This document shows, piece by piece, positions 58,204 through 64,000 of a DNA stretch of 64,000 nucleotides. The stretch covers positions 6,138,001-6,202,000 of the forward strand of contig OX597830.1 of the NCBI GenBank assembly GCA_951406725.2, read 5' to 3'. The stretch is from Octopus vulgaris (taxonomy: Eukaryota). Within the stretch, counting starts at the first letter, position 1, and every line of letters starts with the position of its first letter. Below the pieces are notes generated by a model, which saw only the letters and a program-made list of their open reading frames with translations, searched no databases and had not been told where the DNA came from. The translations under genes were made by a program, and so were the position numbers.

Positions 58204-58271
58204 AATATATATATATATATATATATATAAGAGAAAGAAATGACGGCAATCTATCATACAATTTTAAGTCA

Positions 58272-59029
58272 CCTACGGACGTACGTTTCGAAATTAAGTT
58301 TTAGGAAAGCATAAGAATTAGATAATTATGTCTTACCCAACTTCTTTTTTTATCCGTGTAGGACACTATAATTATGAATAATTGTATATTAAGTTTCGAG
58401 GTACTAGAAGGCATCATCTCAACTCAGTATCAGAGCGAGCTAAAGCCGTTACCAGTATCACCAAATTCAAAGTGTGAATGTAAGTTTGTGTCACCAACCC
58501 CTTCCCACCAGCGTGTAGCCAAGACAAGATGTTGTGGTCATTTACTGGAATGAAATATGGTTATCAGTAATAATATAGGGTGAAATTAATTAATTTGGAA
58601 TAATCATTAATTTCACCAAGTAGATTTCGGCATGTAAAAGCCTCATTCGAGGAAAGTTTAAGTAATACTAAGTAATTAAGGGTTTAGCAACGATTTGCCT
58701 CACCACACACCGAATTTAGAAATAGCAGTCAGAGAGTTATAGCTATTCTTTCTACTAAAAGGGAGATCTCAGTAAATGACCACAACATCTTGTCTTGGCT
58801 ACACGCTGGTGGGAAGGGGTTGGTGACACAAACTTTCATTCACACTTTGAATTTGGTGATACTGGTATCGGCTTTAGCTCGGTCTGATACTGAGTTGAGA
58901 TGATGCCTTCTAGTACCTCGAAATTTAATATACAATTATTCATAATTGTAGTGTCCTACGCTGATGAGAAAAGAAGTTGGGTAAGACATAATTATCTAAT
59001 TCTTATGCTTTCCTAAAACTTAATTTCGA
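58272..59029. mobile_element. 260-bp inverted repeat (58288-58547 / 58770-59029) carrying a hammerhead; the spacer is PLE-like terminal family copy 3 (58572-58769, minus)
   Basis: Right arm: CCTACG-CTGATGA(58961-58967)-GAAA...TTTC-GA (truncated). The left arm on the minus strand continues TTTC-GAAAC-GTAC-GTC-CGTAGG (58272-58293). Confidence 0.85.
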
Positions 59030-59030
59030 C

Positions 59031-59158
59031 GCACACACTGACCAGACATTTGAAGACGTCTTTGACTGATTTTCTCGCTGACTTTCGGCAGGTCTCCATA
59101 AAAGCATTCATTTGTCATATGTTGCTGCCATTTCACATTTACGCCCTTTCGAAGCGTC
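59031..59158 (-). mobile_element. RTE-like LINE C-terminal fragment
   Basis: Minus strand LRKGVNVKWQQHMTNECFYGDLPKVSEKISQRRLQMSGQCV matches the LR...N..W..H.TN..LYG.LP......RRL...GHC pattern. Confidence 0.7.
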
Positions 59159-59449
59159 TTAGTGTTTGTCTAGCATCCATTTCGTGCGTTTGATAATTAC
59201 GTTTGCACAACTATTTAATATTTGAACACGCAAATAAACACAACCACCCCACACTCTGCTGTCATTCTTCTCTCTGTTTACACACACGCACACACACACA
59301 CAAACAAACACACACGCACACATACACACGCACACACACATACAAATACACGCGCACGCAGAGTCTGTATTTATGTGAGATATACGCACATCAGTAATTG
59401 TATCTGCATACAATTGTACAATTATCTACATTATGTTTGCATGTGTATA

Positions 59450-59503
<54 letters not shown>

Positions 59504-60338
59504 TATGTATATATACGTATGAGTACATATACATACATATACACATACATACGTTCAGATATATACACACACACATATAGTGTTACAAATAATGCCTTCA
59601 CCAATGAGATAAATACTCACATGAAACTTCGCGAAAATATACTCGTAAATATTTATGTAAGCGTCTATTTGTAGCAGTTTGTGCAAGGTATATCTAACTT
59701 CATTTTAGCATAATTTAGTGTCAACGAGATTTGCATATTAGCGAAATATTTTGAATATATCTAAATATTTAATAAGGAACGCAATAAGTAGCGAAACTGT
59801 TCACGCGTCGAGCATTCTAGTTTTCAGGTGGGCATCGAACCTTGTCAGGATGAACTTCATAATTGTATACCTGTTCATATTTGGTATTGCATTCTATATT
59901 GATTTCTTCCACTTATCTCTTGGCGGCATTTGCTTATGCTTATTTGATTTGATATCTTTAACTATGTCCAGTAATTTACAGTTTCTTCTCTCACCAATAA
60001 ATATTAATAATTATATTTCTTCCCGTGTTACTGTTACACGATACTTTGTTTCAAATCAATACGGTAGAAAACAATTGTACTTTCTCAGATAATATTATTT
60101 GCGAGCTTTTAAATATTAATTAATTTATATGACTTCAACTGAAATATCAAAACCCCGAAGGGAGTTTAGCTTGGCCAGACATAGTCAACTTGAAATTCTA
60201 CGTCATAAGCTTTATTAGAATAAAGTGCAGAGGGAAACATAATTCGTTTGATGATTAATGCCACATATTTTTCACAGAAAAAAGTAATTAGAGGAAAGCA
60301 GACATTTTTAATTTCGTTATGAATGAAATTTATTTATG

Positions 60339-60420
60339 TAGAGAATATTTAATATAGAGAATATTTAAATAGAATTATAGAGAGAATATTTAAATAGAAT
60401 TATAGAGAGAATATTTAAAT
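60339..60420. repeat. Short minisatellite, ~26-bp unit AGAGAATATTTAAATAGAATTATAG, about 3 copies
   Basis: Directly visible. Confidence 0.8.
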
Positions 60421-62899
60421 TAGTTTAGTTATCATATTTCAGTCTCTAAGTTAAATTATTTTGCAAATAATAGAATATTTACTAAAATAATTTTGTTATT
60501 ATTAAAGTAATATTTGACACGTGAATTATCACGTAATTTTGGTTGAATGTTTGAATTTAGTTCCCTTTAAATGTGTGGTCTCAGATGGCTCGGTACCAAA
60601 ATGTTTATCCATAATTTTTTAGTCCAAATCTTTAATTTTTCTAATCTTATGGCGAGTTACGATGGTATTACAACTGGGAGCAGAGGGAACGTCGTTAGTT
60701 GATAATAATTAATTATTCGTTTAGATATACTCTAAAAAAATTAAATTGAGAATAAATATTATCTGGGAAGAAAATATATTAAAAAGTGATAATTCGGTAC
60801 GTTGTGCATATTATAAAAGAGTTCCTCTTGGGACCGTAAAAGTAAAGTATATCAAAAATTGGAAGCTGAATGAGAACCAGAGTAAAGTTTGATATTCTAA
60901 GACTTTTCATGAAGACGAAGAATGTTTCATATTTTCACAGAGTACCTGTACCAAAGAGGATTTGAAATGACTTAAGTTCCAAGCTATAACCTCCATTAAT
61001 TGCAAATGTTTTAAGGTTGCTAAGTGAGAGTGTTTGGCAAGTTTTCTATTTAATACGGAACACTTTCGCTGAATATTGATTCGCAGAATAAGATTAATTT
61101 AAAATTTAATTGCATAAATGTGTTGTTATCCATTACATCGACATTATTAAGCTAATCTATATCAGGAAACCATAATCCAGAAGAATTATCAGTTATCAAC
61201 GCAACGGAATATATATTCGAAATTGTTGTTTTTCTTTTGAAAAATAAATGTTTTAATCGCGTGAATAACGGTTAGGTTACGTAGCTCTGTTCCTAACCAC
61301 GCGGTGACGGCATGCAGCAATGTCGGTGTCTTTAACTGTCGACTCGATTTTAGTAATATTTTTATGTGTAATTTGGACAGAACTTTTAGGAAGTCCATTG
61401 TACACACACACACACGCATTAATATATATGGGCTTATATGCACACACACACAAACACAAACGTATATATGTACTCTTCGATACGTTTATATCTAAATACG
61501 TATTTATATCACTGTATCCTGGTATATATATATATATATGCATGTATACGAATGCGTATATATATACACATTCACACATAATTATACGTGTATATGATTA
61601 TATATGTCTGTGTATATACACACATACATAAGCATGTATAGATCGATGTATGCATGTATGTATCTATCACTCAATCAATCAGTCAGTCAATCTATCTATT
61701 AATCAACTTATTTGTACATATATATATATATATATCTATATATATGTTTCTCTCTCTTTCTTTCTTTCTCTGTCTCTCTTACTCTCTTTATCTCTCTCTC
61801 TCTCTCTCTGCCTCAGTTCATACTTTCGTAAATACATACATCTATATATGTGGGTATATATACGTGCGTATATATATATCTATTCCGGTTTTCAAGCCAT
61901 GCCGTGATTTAATTTCCATTTCGCTGCACTGCGAATGTTGGTACTGAACTCTAAAGTTTAATAATGAACTGTTTAGCGTCATTAAGTGAAGACAACCTAA
62001 TGAACTGTTAATTAAGCACAGCCTCTCTTCAGACGGCCTACTAAGGAACGAGATGCAGATTAGAAACTGTAACTGTAATTAAATATAAAACCTTATGGAA
62101 GCACTTACTTACAATAATCGACGTCTAAATCGTCCTCGCTCTCTTGGTTTCTCGTTGTAAACATCGTGTTAGTAATTAATATGATTGTGTGATCAGACTC
62201 AGGAGGCTAATTATGATAGTAATGACGATAATGATGATAAAGATGGATGATCACCATCAATCAACCTCAACGTCGTCGTCACTTCATCTCAACACACATT
62301 ATCATTTTCTTTATCATATTTTATCTTCCTTATCATCGACTTCATCACCATTATCGTCGATATAGTCGTTATAATTGCCATCCTCTTACTTCTCCTCTTC
62401 CTCCTTCTTCTCATAATCATCATCATCATCATCATCATCATGGTCGTCGTCGTCTTTATCGACGTTGTGTTCGTCGTCAAATTTGTGGTTTTCGTCGTCA
62501 TCTTCATCGTCATTTTTGTTATTATCATCACCACCGTCATCCATACAGCCAGCCACATCATTACCGTCACCACCACCGCCATGTTGTCCTCTCCCGCTTT
62601 CTTCTATTCACCCACTTCTCTTCCTCCTCATCTTTTTAATCTTCGTTGTAGTCAATGTCATCATTGTCATCTTCGTTATCATCGTTCTTCGTTACTGTCA
62701 GATTTAGAACCTCCAACACCATCGCCACAACCACCAACATCACTGCACTCCTCCTCATTTTTTATTCCTCCTTTTCCTCGTACTCATCATTATAAACCCT
62801 TAAAATTTTGTTTATTTGGTCATTGGAACTAAAATTCCTGAGTGGTGTATGATAAATATATATGAACGCAGTAAACTTGAGCCATCATTCTAATCGTAG

Positions 62900-63131
62900 G
62901 TTTATAGAAAAAGAAAGACGAAAGCAGGTGTAGGAAGAACAAGCAAGTGTAATAGTTTGATGCTCTGGAAAAGTGGAAGAGTCTTATACGTCTCGAGCCT
63001 ATGTTCTTCGACAGAAAGGAATAAGAAGAAAATAAGCAGAGGGGGAGAATGAAAAAAAAATTGAGTTCAGTAGTTTAACATGGCAAATGATTCAAATATA
63101 TATAAATATTAGTGACTGATCCATATATATA

Positions 63132-63230
<99 letters not shown>

Positions 63231-63600
63231 TAAGCAGAAAATGGAGAAATATTGATCAACAACAAATGATGATTAATTTTTTATACGAATAGGATTTATC
63301 CCATCTAACAGCCGTTTCTGCCTCCAATTTCCCACGGTATTGCCATTGAAAATTCCTTTTGCATATGTGACGCTTCAGGATGTTTTATATATATATATGT
63401 ATGTATGTGTGTGTGTGCGTGTGTGTGTGTGCGTGTATACGTGTGGTTTAGTTCAAATCTATAGCGTATTAGCTTGACGCTCAGGAAAAAATGGAAAAGC
63501 ATTTTAAGTTTCGAGCCTACGCTCTTCGACAGAATGGAATAAGAGGGAAATAAATAGAAAATGATGAAAACGTTTTGAGTTCAGTGGTTCAAAATGGCAA
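62900..63600 (-). mobile_element. Two diverged direct copies (~62900-63090, ~63440-63600) of the 55.9-kb PLE-terminus family flanking a third HHR-like fragment (63228-63385)
   Basis: Minus strand TTCTGTCGA-AGAGC-GTAG-GCTC-GAAAC (~63510-63536) and the degenerate equivalent at ~62990-63016. The middle fragment has CATC-CTGAAG...GGCA-GAAAC-GGCT-GTT-AGATG. Confidence 0.65.
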
Positions 63601-64000
63601 TATTTGTTTCCATCAACCCATACATGCATTTATAGACAATCCAGTCGTGACTACCAAAATATATTCTACAAATACTTAGAAACACATTATTTAACGTAAA
63701 CCAACTAAAGATTTTGGTGAAATTATGTATATCTCCAGATGAATTTAGCTTTTTACATATGGTTAGGTGTAATTCTACGAAGGTTTGGTTGCCGTTTCAA
63801 TCAGATCAAGCCACTACGTTGTCACATGTAATGACGTCCTGCGTGTAATGAGGAGAACGTCTCATTCTTTAACATCATCTTTGGTAATCCCATGGCATGT
63901 CATAATTTCATTGGACCATGATACTGTTGTGATTTGAAAAGAAGAGAAGTTTCTTGAGGGAACTTTAACGATTTCATGTTCAAGGAACAACTATATAAAG

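Noticed and set aside
62220-62800. His/Arg-rich ORF
   Set aside because: Degenerate (CAT/CGT/CTT)n trinucleotide region that is open in several frames.

Overview
AT-rich, microsatellite-saturated animal genomic DNA with no host protein-coding exon that I can support; it reads as intronic or intergenic. The SINE families and the density of (TA)n/(ATT)n/(CA)n tracts point to an octopod cephalopod (inference from recalled repeat families). Nearly all track ORFs are microsatellite artefacts. The real coding remnants are all transposon-derived: CR1-, RTE-, Tx1/L1- and R4/Dong-type LINEs, two Penelope-like element (PLE) remnants and two mariner remnants. The most striking signal is a hidden layer of about a dozen sequence-unrelated short elements, most abutting (TA)n and often forming local inverted repeats. 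They carry minimal type-I hammerhead-ribozyme (HHR) folds: a CUGANGA-like box, stem II, GAAA, a palindromic stem III and an NUH site. Highlights are a 485-bp tandem-plus-inverted array with one HHR per unit (retrozyme-like, 50.35-51.94 kb), a tRNA-headed SINE carrying an HHR and a PLE-like tail (10.3-11.0 kb), and a repeated HHR-shaped motif with a non-canonical core. All folds were derived by eye, and element boundaries are approximate.
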